DNA of 64,000 nt from Epiperipatus broadwayi (lineage: Eukaryota; Animalia; Onychophora). Below the pieces are notes generated by a model. The model saw nothing but the letters and a program-made list of their open reading frames with translations, did not search any database and was not told the DNA's origin. The position numbers were made by a program, and so were the translations under genes. Below, piece by piece: positions 27,731 to 41,480 of the stretch (the stretch's first letter is position 1; the number at the start of each line of letters is the position of its first letter). The stretch is from the NCBI GenBank assembly GCA_028023455.1, contig JAQFVV010000001.1:23870001-23934000 (forward strand), read 5' to 3'.

Positions 27731-28479
27731 CAACAGGAAAATCACTGCACATCTGTATTGATGTGGCTATCCTAGTGGAAAATATGAGAAATTTTTGGTC
27801 ACACAGGAAGAAAATCTCAGTTCAAGGGGGATTTTTCTGATTCTCTTGGTAGGCTACTATTTGTCCACCCCTGCTACATGGGAATACTTACAAGTTTCAA
27901 AGTATTACTATTTTTTTGCTGTCTTCGAATAAAGAATTATCTTAAATCATGGATATAATAAACCCTTTAATAAAAATATTTTAAAATGTGTCTATTAAAA
28001 TTTATGAACATGAAAATAATTTTGGAAGTGTTAACTTTTATTTCAGATGGCAATACTTTGTTTTCAGACTACAAAATTTTGATTTTTTGCAGTGTTTTAA
28101 ATCAAAAGGCCAAACATCCCAGAGGCAAAAAGTTTTGATAGTCTGTTATCCCCTGTCCCTATATCTGAAATATAAAGTATTCAAACTGCAAGGATAAATA
28201 TGAAAAATTATTTTGTATAAACTTAGGTTTACCACTATGAAAGATATTTTTAAAAATTTGTATTACATTCATCCTCTAATAGAAGATTCATATGTATTCA
28301 AATTGATGTCTTTTTTTATTAGGACTTTTTTTTTTTGTAAATTTGTATGGGGGTGGGGGTCTGAATACTTTACAATCGAGATGGTTCTTTTAGAAAAAGT
28401 AGATATTTATACTAAATTGTCTTAATAAATTTCTTTTAAAAAAAAAAATTGAAGATAGTTCTGTCAAAATATATATATA

Positions 28480-28700
28480 TTGCAATGCAGTCCAATTCAG
28501 AGGCCTATGATTGCAAACTAATTAAATGGATTCAATGCTTAAATTAGAAATGCATTAAAAATTAATAAAAGCAAAATTTTAGTATCAGGAATGAGAATTA
28601 AAGCATTACAAATGTGAAAATTAAACTTTGTAATATTAAGAGATTGTAATTGATGATGGATGGATAAAGGCATTTTTATATGGCAGAGGGTTATAGGAAG
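28480..28700 (+). pseudogene. Short RTE-like LINE reverse transcriptase fragment
   Basis: ALKINKSKILVS resembles GLKINxxKTKxM, followed by a degraded FxYLG-like segment. Confidence 0.3.
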
Positions 28701-30071
28701 AGGCTAGTTTAAACTAAGGACGAGAGAAGCACCCATAGAAAAGTAGCAGCTAGAAAAACAAAATTTATCACACAAACCAGGAATTTAAGATATCTAAGAT
28801 TAATCAGTTATATGCATAGTATACTGTAGTGCTAGTTCAATATTAAACCCAATAGTAGTTTGTAAAGCCATTACTTGCTAAAATGCACTTAGTTTGCTAC
28901 AAAATGCTAATTTGCCAAATAACCCTACAATATCTACAAATTGCTGTGACAAGCTACGACCAAAAAATTAAATTAATGACAATCATTAAAAAGCCACTAT
29001 CGGTCTGCAAGGAACGTATTGACTACCATGATAAAATGAAACTGACAAAGTTGTATTTTTTTTTTATTTAATGAAGGATTTAAGTGTTTAAAAGTGAAAG
29101 TTACAGACAAGTTATAATAAAGAGAAATGACCCTTGAAAAAAATTCTGAATTTAAAATATCATTTAAAGTAACTCAAGGTACACAGAAATTTGTGGGCAG
29201 ACATGTCATTATATAAATCCTTACTAATTGAATGTTATCAAAATAAACATATTCATATTTTATTTAATAATGTCCTTTATAATTATATTTATCTAATTTG
29301 TTAATGTTTTAGCAGCATCTATAATTGTGTATTTCTTAGTAGGTTAATTTTTTTCTGCATTGTTGCAGTCTCATTTCAGTTATATGCAATAATTCGCTCT
29401 GGAGAAGCACTCACAAGCAGTGTTTAGCTCACATTAATGAAGAATTTTGGTGATTGGATAGTGGCTTATCTAGAATATTTTTTCTGTAAGAATAAGACAA
29501 CCAATATCTAACTATATACATATGGAAGGTATGATAGAATACCAATAAAAATATTTTGGATGAGAAAATGCTAATTACCTGATGTAACCATTTGACCCCA
29601 CTTTTGGTGCTTCTTTTCTCAATTACAATATAGTTTATCAGCAATTGCTCATGTAACTTCAAATAGTTACCAATATATATTTCCAAATTATAATTTACAA
29701 GATATATTTGAAAAATTATTGCAGAATCTAGTATTTTGTTAGAAATGCCTCAATATTTTGTCTTGGATTAAAAATAAAATGTTTTCATTACAAAAACAAT
29801 ATGAAATGACTAAATTTAGGCATTTATTTTAATCACAATAAAAATTAAGACAAACAACTTTAAACCATAATCACAATTTACAAATTATGATTATTTAAAA
29901 TGTTTAAATATTTTATTGTATATTTTTTTTTTTTGTGCACATACATTTGAACATATAAATTGCACCAACCAAACACTTAATGTGGCAATATAATTAGTTT
30001 ATTAACCGGTCAGGTTTTGTTTGCAAATTTTCACCAAGTCTGACATTTTAGCATATATCCTTTTTTTCGTC

Positions 30072-30153
30072 AAGCATTGGTGGTCAAGAGGTCAGCGACA
30101 GCAGCTTTACAAGCAGTTGTCCCGGATTCACTGTCAGGCTGATGCTATGACAC
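30072..30153 (+). mobile_element. Short tRNA-derived SINE copy
   Basis: aagcattggtggtcaagaggtcagcgacagcagctttacaagcagttgtcccggattcactgtcaggctgatgctatgacac, same family as 21875-21961 and 23004-23078. Confidence 0.6.
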
Positions 30154-31124
30154 TAGTAAAAAATACTTTTTTCCTACTTTGTATAAATTCATTAGCTAAT
30201 ACTATTGGTAGTTCTGTTAGGCATCCACACTGCATGATGGCGATTTTCTTAAAACCAATATAACTTATGAACATTCCCGTGCTTTTTTTTAAAATTCCTT
30301 TTTTTTTTTTACTTTTTTATTTACGAATTAAACACAAATTTTTATTTTGTAAACATTTATTTTTATCAACATCAACAAATTAAATAAATAAAATCAACAT
30401 TTTTCAGGGGTTTTTTTTTTGGGGGGGGGGGGTATTACGGTTGTATCTGTTTAAAAAACAAATCATATAGTAAGCTTTTTTTTTTAAATGTAAAACATAG
30501 TATGCTTATTACAGTTGTACTTTTGGTTTCCTATTTTTGTTTAAAAAATAAATCCTAAAGTTAGTAAGCTTTTTTTTAAATAAGCAAATTTAAAACTTAA
30601 GATTTTTTTTTTTTTGGTTTCACTTTTTTTTTTAAAGCATCAACAAGGGTTTTTTTTTGGTTCCGCTTGAAACGGTATTATTTAACCATCATCCTATTTC
30701 ACCTACTATGTTCCATTATATTTAGTATCTTTTCCAACAGTTCGAACCATCACAGTCCACGTATATAATCAGAATTTTTGATATGTAATAGCATATATTT
30801 ACATGTTTATGTGCACATTTAATATATATTGTCTGTATGCGTATAATGCATACGGTTATAAATTTAATATTAATCAAATATAATTAAATTGTGTGACCAC
30901 TTACATACTGTAACGGGATATATATGCATTACATTTAAATTTTAATACTTGACTTTTTTGTAAATATCTAATACTGAATTCAATGCACAAATAACGAATT
31001 ATTGTTTGATTTAAATAAGCTTTAAAAAAATTATAGAATCAAAACAAAGATTCTAATCTTTAAATAAAGTATAAAATAAATACCTTTTTAATAATAGCAA
31101 AGTTTTTAATTTTAAAAATTACAG

Positions 31125-31205
31125 ATCCTTTAAGACAAAATGACCATGGAAAAGAAAATGATTATGAAATAGAAACAAGACTTGCTTTTCCAGCCCAAAG
31201 ATACG
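31125..31205 (+). CDS. Candidate isolated coding exon of an unidentified gene
   Basis: Acceptor attacag and donor G|GTAAGA. 81 nt, phase 1-1, open frame (x)PLRQNDHGKENDYEIETRLAFPAQRY. No partner exons established. Confidence 0.3.
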
Positions 31206-32949
31206 GTAAGACTGTAAGCTTCATCATCATTTCCCGACCGTTATAATATATATGCAAGAGAAGACAATACAATAGATTTAAAGAAGCATTACAACTCAAA
31301 TTAATAATATAAATTTGAAATATTTTCAGTTAAAACTATTTAAATGCATTGGTATATAAATTTCAATTCCCGGGATAGTGTCACACATATATAAAATGTT
31401 TACAAATTTAAACTCTTCTAAAAAAAAAGTTTTTATAAAAAAAAAAGTTGTCAATTCCTGGGAAACCATCTGTAAGCAATCAGCAACAACCGAAATCAAC
31501 CTATCCTTGGGGTCTTATAAACATTGGCCCACTTATGTATTCCCTATTTAGTATATTCATTGCAACCTTTGAACAATAATTAGAAAAGAATAAATTTCTT
31601 AAGATAGCAATTAATGAAACTTAGGATTAAAATTTTAAATGTATTTTAAAAATAAAAACTTGCCTATTTTTTAAATTACTTTCTAAAACTCTAAACACTT
31701 GTTAAATAATAACTTATTCAGTTATTTGCTAATATTTGTTTTATATGTCTTTACTTTATAACTCACTTGCATGTCGTTCAATGCACTAATGCTCGTTTAA
31801 TCTATATTTAAGAATTCAAATATATTAAATTATAAACAATGTGTTGCGTATCATTTGTAGTCTATTCCAAATCTTAGTTAAATTCCTTAATATTAGTTTA
31901 TTAATGTATGCATCAACAAATTTCACATTTATTAGTTTTTTTGGTATAAAAAAAAAAAAACAAGCTGTTTATGGCTACAGTAATACATCAGACGTATAGC
32001 TTGAAGTGGTCGTTGAGAGAATCGAATGTCTAGGTTTTCCTGCGCCATGTTTTTTGTCTTGTTGAGGTTATCGAGAATGCATTATTTGACGTGTTACTTC
32101 CTTCAAAGTATTGTTAACACATACCTTTGACAAGGTTTTGCACCTTAAAACTTGACTACAGAAATGTTTTGTAAACCCTCGGATAATTATTGCTTGGTCG
32201 AATTGTGCGATTTAAAAAATATAATTATTTACAATTAATGATTTATACATAAATGTAAGACACACACACACGACACCGTAAAAAAAGTGTGGTGTGCAAA
32301 TTTGCCAAAATAATTTACTGCCATGCAATAACACGGCCTACAATACATAGTACAACAGAAATGAATATGTAACACATGGCCGCGAAAATATGTTCGGGCA
32401 CATAAAATAGCGTTTGTTTTAGCACCTAACCGCACTATCACGCAGCATGGATATCTAACCATATATACAACACATTGCATTTTATTTATATACCCACACA
32501 GGATAACAAGTACAAGATGTTTTGAATTATACTTGAAAGCTAATCATTAAATTGTCTTTTATCTTAATTTACTTAGATTCTTAATTTCTCTGGTCTTTTC
32601 AAAAATGGATTGATATTTTGTTCTCCCACGAATTTTTTATATAAATGTTTACATATAACTACTTTTAAGTTTATTTTAAAATCATTTCTTCTGAAATCCT
32701 ATTACACAGAAAATGTTTTTTTTTTTTTAATCTATGTTAGTTGTTTGTTAATTGTAAAGTTAATTTTTTTAAAATTTTCAATACTTCATTGATATTCTAA
32801 AAAACATTATTTTACAATGAAAGCAAAGATGAAATCTTTTGTATCAATAATATATTTTTTCTCGTTAATTTTACTTATAATACTGTTGTTGTATACGTTT
32901 TGAAATTTTTTTTTTTTTTTAAATTATGACAAAAAAAAATGTGGAAAGA

Positions 32950-35300
32950 GGACACCTCTTCTAGCAGGTTTACCTCAAAAACAAAATTTACAAATATTGA
33001 AAGATTAATCACAATGCATTTCCAAAAATAAATAATTCTTCAATTACTTTAAATATTAACCATCACTAAAATATAGAAATTACCAAAACTACATGTATTG
33101 GAAGATGTTTTGATTTTAAAAAAAATTCAAAAACTATATAACTAAATGATAAGGGTATAATTGTTAGATGCATAATTTTACATAACATGCCAACCTTGTT
33201 TATAATAAGTCTAAAATGAATAATATAAAATAAATGGTGCTACTCATATGCCAACCTATACAATAACCCTATTGCGTACCTGTGGTAACACATAATTCTA
33301 AACATTGAGAAAGGAGATCATAGCTTGTCTGAGAGGCTCTAAAGATTCATAATAAATATAGCAATGAAAAAATGGAAGGCACTGCTAGCCGTACTAAGTT
33401 TAATCAAGGCGAGATAAAGACAGACAGCTATTCAAAACTTACCTTAAAATCATCTAGACAAGGCTCCTGTAAATCTTCAAAATTCTAATGGTGGACAAAT
33501 ATGTATGTACACACAACTTTCTAATAAAATAATCTAAAACACTTTCATTAAAGTCAATTGCACAAACCAAATATTTAATGCACTACACTGTTTCTTAAAA
33601 ATACGAGTCAAGTAATTAGACAACTTTCTGAAGAGTTAATTTAATTAATAAAGAATTAGAAAACAAGTAAATGTTTGACAATAAACTTTATAATTCCTTA
33701 AATTTACAGAATATTTATAAATAATAATTTCTAAATGAGTATTTATTTATATAAAGTACTTTAATATTCGGAGAAAATTTCAGAATTAGTTAAGTAATTA
33801 TTAAGGCAATAAACCTAAAGCTTGTGTGGTTAAAAATGCAAGGGTAGGGACCTCTACAGGTCTTAACTACAAGCTTACACATTGGAAGTACTAAATGAAA
33901 ATTAAATAACTCATCCGTAGAGGTAAATTAATGAAAAGCATAAAATATTATTTAAACAGTTATAAATAGACCAAAAATATTTTATAATAAATTTTATCAA
34001 ACTATGACTGAAGACTAGATTACTGTATGAATAAAAGTTCTAACATTTTTATCAGACTATTATGCTACAGACTGGATTTTTGGAAGTATGTACTTTAAGT
34101 GTCCAAATTAGTGATGCCATTTCTTTAGCAGGTAGTTGAGAGAAGCTCGTGTCCACATTGCTGATCAGTTAAACAGCAGGTCAATCAGGTAAGTAGTTTA
34201 TACAATGATGGGAATTGGAGTTATGCCGGAAGAAATGAGTTCATCATCAAGATCCTTTAATCACACATATTTTCAATGCAAATGCTGAAAATGATTGACT
34301 CTTTCATTTTCTAAAGACTGCTTGCTTTTAAACAGGCCACATATCACATGGAAATTACAGGTAACCACTTTAGATTCATCTTTGGAAATTTTTTAGTGAC
34401 AAATGGCAAAATAACTAGAACTTTTGATCACAAAGTGTTCATTCGGAAATTTGAGAGTGAATAATAAAGGCAATCCATGCAGCTAATTTTTTTTAGTTTT
34501 TATGTCTCTAGTTCTATTGTTTTCCCATTTTCTTGGAAACAACTAGAATCATTATTAAAATTAACTCCAGATAATCTAGTATTTTTAAATAACTGAATTA
34601 ACATTTCCAACTAATTACTTTTATTACAACAGATTAAATTTTTATTTGTAAATTAGACATTGTTTCAGTTTTAAAACAATCCCATACAAATAGATAAGTA
34701 ATACATTTATAAAATTTACCTTATTAAAACAAAATTTTGACATTACTTCGAAATTAAATCTTAACACTGCCCACTATAAGTACAATAGATCTCAAATCAA
34801 GGTAATTAATTAAAAACATCGTCCCGTACCTTAGGCATTTTACAAATATCAATAATTTTCTCTCAAGTTTTTTCTTACAAAATGATTTATCAAATTTATT
34901 TGTATGTATGTTATATATCTTTTATCAAGAATATTTAAAAATTACAAAATAAAAACTTCAATCACAAATTTTTATAACTTAAATATTATCCTTTAACTCT
35001 TCTCCAACCTGATATTTGGAAATATAAATTTCTACCCTTTTTATATTTGAAATGCAACAAAACGTTTCTATATAATTAGTTTGTAAATTTATCAATACTC
35101 AAATTCCTAATCTTTTCCAAAAATTTTTAGCAACATTAAAAGTTATGAACTGACAAAATCCTGTACAAGTTGAAAAAATGTTCTTGTTGTTTGATGTATC
35201 ATATACAAAGCAATCAACAGCTGCATGATTGGCAGATTATTTAGACCCAGCAATTTAAGAGTGTTTTAGTATTTCTGAAATGAAAGTTATAATTTTCACT
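32950..35300 (-). mobile_element. Degraded LINE (I/Nimb-like) RT and thumb relic
   Basis: In minus-strand order: TCRGPYPCIFN (resembles PQGSxLSPxLFN), IKYLVCAID (resembles KYLGxxLD), ILKIYRSLV..SRLD..YG (resembles LYxxLIRSRLDYG) and RYAIG (resembles RxxxG). Many stops. Confidence 0.45.
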
Positions 35301-36186
35301 AATTTATATTGTATTTTAAACTAAAAAACATAAATGCAATTAATTTTATTTGAAAATGTTTTTAAGACAAATTATAAAAATGTAATTATGATAAAATTGG
35401 CTAACAAGTATTGCTTTCATAAACACAAAAAAATATTTTTTGTGAAATTTTAATATTTAATTTTAACACATATTTTCATTTGATTTACAATATTTCAATT
35501 AAAACTTGTTCCCATTTTTAAAAATGGAATTCAAGCAAAAAAAATATTTAGTTCAATAATTTTAGCTAAGGCACCAGATTCAATAAATGACCAAAATTGT
35601 CACTTAAGTCTTTCAAATGATGGAAGGAGTTGAACTTAATACATAAATTGACACCCCCAAATTTAAGAATTAAAAAACCTATACCGTGAAACAAAAATAT
35701 TTACAATCAGCTTTGGTAAAGATTTTAAACGTATTTATTTTTTCTTTATAAACATTGGATATTTGTTATTTGGAAAGTGATTTTTAATATGGAAAAAAAA
35801 AAAATTTGTAACAAACTGTATGAAAAATTAACAAAACATTTTAATCTTGAAGTTAATTACTTTTAATAAAAAGGATAATGGTTGCTGTTATTATTTATTC
35901 ATTTCACAATAAATGTTGACAACAAATTCATTAACGAGATAAATTGGAGAATTTAAATAATTTTATAAATTCAGTCAACATTATAAGTTTTAATTAAAAT
36001 AATTGATTAGCCTCAAGGCATAAATTTAATTTTAAAAAATGTTTATAAAATATTTTAAAAAGGTAAATTAAGCCCATTTCAATTAACTTTGTTTCAATTC
36101 ACAACAAAAATCTATCATTGTATTTTAAAAGAAAATAACTCACCACTTTCAAAATGAAATTTTATAAATATATCATTTTTACAAAG

Positions 36187-36374
36187 TATAAATAATAATA
36201 TTTAAACAGCATTAAACTGTTGTACACGCGCTTTGAATTTTAAATATAAAATGAATATTAACACTTCAACCCCATGACTTTATCATGTGGTTGAAGTGTA
36301 TTCATTTCATTTTATATTTAAAATCCAAAGCACATGTGCAACAGTTTAATGCTGTTTAAATATTATTGTTTATA
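36187..36374. repeat. Fold-back palindrome with ~90-bp arms
   Basis: tataaataataatatttaaacagcattaaactgttg...acacttcaacc pairs with ggttgaagtgt...caacagtttaatgctgtttaaatattattgtttata around a few-nt centre. Confidence 0.85.
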
Positions 36375-36402
36375 AAAAACATCGCGCTATATAAAATAAT
36401 TG

Positions 36403-37918
36403 GGTACTTGTGTATAATTCAACCGATGACGTTTTTGACTTACCGATTTCCCTTCCGGTAGACATGTTTTTTGCATGACATTATCATGGTAACCAAGTGA
36501 CTGGCGTGATTAATCCATCAGAGTCAATTTTTTTTTTCACCCGCGAGATTTAAAATTCGTAGAGGTTTGGGAAATTTTTTGAGCTGTTAATTCGGGTTAA
36601 GTGTTTTATTTATCTGTTTATTTTAAATTTACAAAAATTTTTTGTTAATATTTCTACAATTCTGAAACTTACATTGAATTACGTTTAATGTGTAAATAAT
36701 TTATTCTCCGGTAAAGTGTTTTTTATTTATCTGTTTATTTTAAATTTACAAAAACTTTTTGTTAATATTTCTACATTACGTTTTTAATGTGTAAATAATT
36801 TGAAATAATTTTTAAAATCAATTTTGCAATATGCAGTACGTTTTAAAAATTACCAAATGCATGTAAAAGTGCGGCGTTTTCTGGACGCCATTAATACCAG
36901 ATTTGCATTAGATCGCATCTTTTTTATTTAGGTGTTTATATTTAAAATTTACAAAAAGTTTTTGTTAATATTTCTACAATTCTCAAACTTATTTACAAAA
37001 AATATTTGTTAATATTTCTACAATTCTCAAACTTACATTGAATTACATTTAATGTGTAAATAATTTTCAATAATTTTTTAAAACAAATTTGGAATATACG
37101 TTACCAAATGCATGTGATAACAAGGACGCCATTAATGCCAGATTCGCATTAATTCAGGTAAAGTGTTTTATTTGTTTATTTTAAATTTACAAAAACTTTT
37201 TGTTAATATTTCTACATTATGTTTTTAATGTGTAAATAATTTTTTAAATCAATTTTGCAATATGCAGTACGTTTTTAAAATTACCAAATGCATGTAAAAG
37301 TGCGGCGCCATTAATACTAGATTTGCATTAGATCGCGTCTTTTTTATTTAGGTGTTTATTTAAAATTTACAAAAAGTTTTTGTTAATATTTCTACAATTC
37401 TCAAGCTTATTTACAAAAAATATTTGTTAATATTTCTACAATTCTCAAACTTACATTGAATTACGTTTAAATTTTATTTTTAATTTCTGAATTATATCAT
37501 ACAGCTATGAGAGTAATACAATGTCTGATATGTGTACGCCGGGCCTGTGGCCCGACAAAAAACATCCGGAGGCCCCCCCGCCAATTCCAGCGCTATGCGC
37601 TGCTGTATTTTAAAATTGAGAATATTTTGACGCATGCATGTACATTTTTTTTTTAGTATTTGCCTGACCTGCGTCAGATATTTTTCATTTTTGAATATTT
37701 TTTAGCATGTGACCTGGATAATTCAACTGATGACGTATACCCTGAAGGCATATCAGTCTAATCTTGTGATTTTTAACGTACCGTGTTCACGTGATCTGCG
37801 GACACATTTTAGCGATTACATGTGTCCGCAGATCACTTGGAGACATCTTAAAAATCGCAAGATTAGACTGATATGCCTTCAGGGTAATACGTCATCGGTT
37901 GAATTATACACAAGTACC
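36403..37918. mobile_element. Non-coding element with 30-bp terminal inverted repeats, central AT-rich tandem repeats and a ~200-bp hairpin at the right end
   Basis: GGTACTTGTGTATAATTCAACCGATGACGT at 36403 has its exact reverse complement ending at 37918. 36590-37470 holds many copies of tttacaaaaa(c)tttttgttaatatttctac. About 37716-37907 folds back on itself. No clear TSD. Confidence 0.8.
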
Positions 37919-38099
37919 AATAAGTGACTTATTTACAAAGTATAATTGTAAATCATTCTATAAAAGAAAATTATTAATACTAGTGTGAAACATCTATTTA
38001 TACAACCATGGTATTTGATAGTTTATATAGCAGCAAAATATTCTATCAGAATTATAGAATCTATGTATATGCATGAAATTAATAAGATTTTAGAAGCAT

Positions 38100-39450
38100 A
38101 CATTTTTGTCAGTTGAATAAAAAACTTTTTATTTTAAGTAATAAGAATTAAAATAAATAATTGTACATTTTAGATATGAATCATTTTATATAAATGTGAA
38201 AAAGAGAATGCTCAGAAATGTTTATCTACAGTTTTTAAGAAATGGAAGAGCTCATCACTGCATTCTTATTTAACTATTACAAAATATATGGATCAAGAAA
38301 AAACAAGTTTTCTCTATCCCAACCTAAAAAATTAAGCGCTTTTTTTTTTCATCCATTTTAAATATAAATGATAGACAAAATTTTAAAACAGCGTGTACAG
38401 AAATTATAAGTGCAAATTTGATCTTGTATAAAACAAAATCTTTTAAAGAATCACACAAATTGAACATCAATATTTTAATCTATTTGGCAGAAAATCTTAA
38501 TCAGTGTAATTAACAGCCACCTATTAAATAAGCATTATTCCAATTTATTATGTACAATGCTAAGTACATATTTATTCCTCTAAATGCAATAGCTACTACA
38601 TGCTTCATAACACAAATGCCAATATTAATAAGTGGGGTATATACATACTAACAAATCCTCAAGACATTATGTGGAAAAAAATAATAAGTAATCTGTGGTC
38701 AAATCTTTATCTCCCATGTCCAGCCTGAATTTTTTTTTTTATTAACGTGTTTTTGCAGATTCATGTATTGGTTATCAGCTTTAACTGTTTCCATTTCAAA
38801 AAGTCTAAACTACGCATGTGTGAATTACATCCTTATTTCCAGCTTATCTTTCAAATGGTGTATAGCACATTTTTCTACTAGAAATTTTTTTTTTTTTTTA
38901 ATTAATTTTTATTTAAAGTGTCATTTAAAAAAAGATTCCAACACCGATTTGATTACCAATGATTCTTTTTTAATTTTTAATATGAACTCCAAAGATACTT
39001 TTATCACCTGGAAATTTATAATAAATATATATTTTTGGTCAGACCTAAAGATTATCTCATTATATATGAGTAGTACAGTTTATATTTTTTAAATTTATAT
39101 TTCATTTATACAAAATTATTAGCAAAACAAAATATGTAAAAAAAACCAAAAAAAAAAACGTGAAATTGAAAAAATATATGAAATCCTAATTGTTTTTGTT
39201 ACAATAATTAAAAATTTCTTATAAGGATCACATATTTCAGTTGGTGAATATTTAGGACTCATATTCAAGTAGAAGTCTGAAGCAGGCTTATTATGCGGAT
39301 ATAATGACCAGCAATAATAATGAAAAAATGCTGAAAACCAAAAGTAACGATTGATAAAACACATAGAATTAGCATATACATATATAATCTCTACAGCATA
39401 AAATTTAAAGCTGCAAATCGAATGCATAGAGAAATAGTAATTGATTAAAT
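38100..39450 (-). pseudogene. Possible MULE-type transposase relic with a SWIM-like tail
   Basis: ORF 39119-39427 (FFHYYCWSLYPH...) is followed downstream by GICVMKHVVAI, resembling CxCx(n)CKHxxA. Weak. Confidence 0.25.
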
Positions 39451-40049
39451 GAATAATTACTAAATTTACTGGTCATACTACAATACAACAATATTGTGAG
39501 GATACATCAAACCGACCACACAAAAATCACCACTCACACATACATCATAAAGACTGAACTTACCAATACAATCAAAAGCATATTATTGATTATAAGTTAA
39601 TATGTTTGTGTATAATTGTCAGTCAAAATTATATTATTGACAATACTAATTTATATGTATACTAAGTCCTTAAATGCCAGTAAGTTAAAATCTCTAAAAA
39701 CAAAAGAAATCATTGATATTAAATTTTTATTATTATTATTAATCCAGCATAAAAATGATGTTAACAATGAAAGCAAAGCCTGAACTTAAAATTCACAATC
39801 TAAAAATGAAAGACGAGAATACTTTCATTCTTTTTATGAAAAAAAAAGGCAAATAAATTATATCAACAAAAGATACTTGATAAATTCTTGAAAACCAATT
39901 TATTTGTTATATTAACTATCCTTAATATTGACGTTCATAAACCATTATGACTGCAATTTGAGGAAGTTGATTAAAAGACCCACCTTAATTCTATAAAACT
40001 TATAAGCTAGAAAAGAATGAATCATGTGTGGCTAAAAAATGATAAAATA

Positions 40050-40110
40050 TCATGGAGATGGAGCTGCTTGTCATACAACCAAGAGTTTCCGATATGATTA
40101 TCATTTCAAA
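40050..40110 (+). pseudogene. Possible Tc1/mariner DDD-domain fragment
   Basis: HGDGAACHTTK resembles QDGAPxHT(A). Single motif only. Confidence 0.25.
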
Positions 40111-40994
40111 TTAACATCATGACAATCACGATAGTACAAGATCTACAACGCGCTCAATCAAACAAAGAAATGATCTCAGCACAGGACAGTTTATAAAAGT
40201 CTAAGTCACAAACATGAACTCAGATGGTGTCCGAAGATTATCTGATGGATTACCATTTAGTTCATGCAAAGGAATTTTTTTAAGAACAAAGATATTCAGA
40301 AGTCTCATGATCTAGATTACAAGATTTTGAACTATGGCTAGACTATGCTAGATCAACACCCCAAATTATATTTTTTAATTTTCATTTTGCTTGTTAAATT
40401 GGCTTCCTTCTGTTGAAACATATTCTAGAGGGAGGGAAGCTATCAATTCTATTTTTTTATTTAATAATAAAACTTAAGAGCAGACTCCCAACTTGCTTGC
40501 CAAAGGCGATACTTTTATCTTATTCAATATTAAGCACTCACACTTTTAACAGTTACAATATTTTTTTATGTTCTATTAACTTAATTATTTGTTATTCGGA
40601 ATGAATGACTAAACCCTAGGATGATTGGTTTTTCCTACTATCATAGATTTGTATGACATCAGAATACGAGGGGAGTTTGTCAAATATAGATCTCTATATT
40701 GTATTTAATGTAAAGTTGAAATTATTAAATTAGAATGGTGAATGTCCATACTTCGTAGGGGATCAAAGGTATGGATTAGTAAATAGTTAATGAACACAAA
40801 TAAAGGATGATCATGTCTACACAATTATTAAATTAATCAAACACATGATTTTTGTTATTCAACAATCATGTATGAAAACCATCATCAAAATTAATTTGTT
40901 AAATATTAAACTAGTTGTCTATTGTTTGATTATTCTATTTTCCAATTAATCACATTTTGCGCACATCCAATGTATATATCAGTTATGGAATATT

Positions 40995-41480
40995 ACCTTG
41001 AAATAGAGTACATGTACATTCTCCCTGAATTTGAACTCTGTGGCATAATGAGGATCAAGGAGAGGTGAAATAAGGGAAGTTGAACAAGTATGAATCCCAT
41101 CCCACTCAATCATTAATAATCATCATAGGACCAATTTGTAAAACGTAGATAAATCAAATAATTGACTTGCCTTATCATATGTAATGCCTACAAGGAAGAT
41201 CAAGTGGGTGACCATAGTTAGACACACACACGAAGGGAAAAGCTCACCTGTCACAATATGATCATTCAAAACTAATAATAAGGGTTCAAGTATGAGTGTG
41301 CAGATAGCCATAATGGGTTTATATGATAAATGAGTTGTACATAAGTAAAATGTCTTCATATTATCCACTGTTGGAATATTCAAGCTGTTCAGTAATTTCA
41401 CACCATTCAAAAAGATGTTACTTGTCTTAAAAAAAATAAAAAAAAATTTTTTTGACAATGTGGAGTGAGATCACACTACA
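40995..41480 (-). pseudogene. Degraded hAT transposase C-terminal region
   Basis: ORF 41123-41458 has CTLILEPLLLV...VTGELFPS (resembles LxPFxxxTxxLxGExYPT). The same frame continues after stops to ISPLLDPHY (resembles xxLLDPRF/Y). Confidence 0.4.

Noticed and set aside
31950-32460. CpG-richer block with AACATGGCG start (MAQENLDIRFSQRPLQAI...) on the minus strand
   Set aside because: Short frame with no convincing donor and no homology recognised. It may be a promoter or a young TE but cannot be supported.
34134-34360. Possible plus-strand exon pair (LREARVHIADQLNSRSIR / PHITWKLQ)
   Set aside because: Antisense to the LINE relic, no recognisable protein and no further exons.
33443-34773. Two apparent phase-0 minus-strand exons with strong donors (34773-34720 WAVLRFNFEVMSKFCFNK; 33484-33443 NFEDLQEPCLDDFK)
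   Set aside because: Both lie inside the LINE relic. The second reads ILKIYRSLV, an RT-thumb motif, in another frame, so the splice-like signals are probably coincidental.
39232-41100. Chain of putative minus-strand exons (40996 donor, about 40730-40800, about 39232-39330)
   Set aside because: The outer pieces are better explained as hAT and MULE relics, the donors are weak and no coherent protein emerged.
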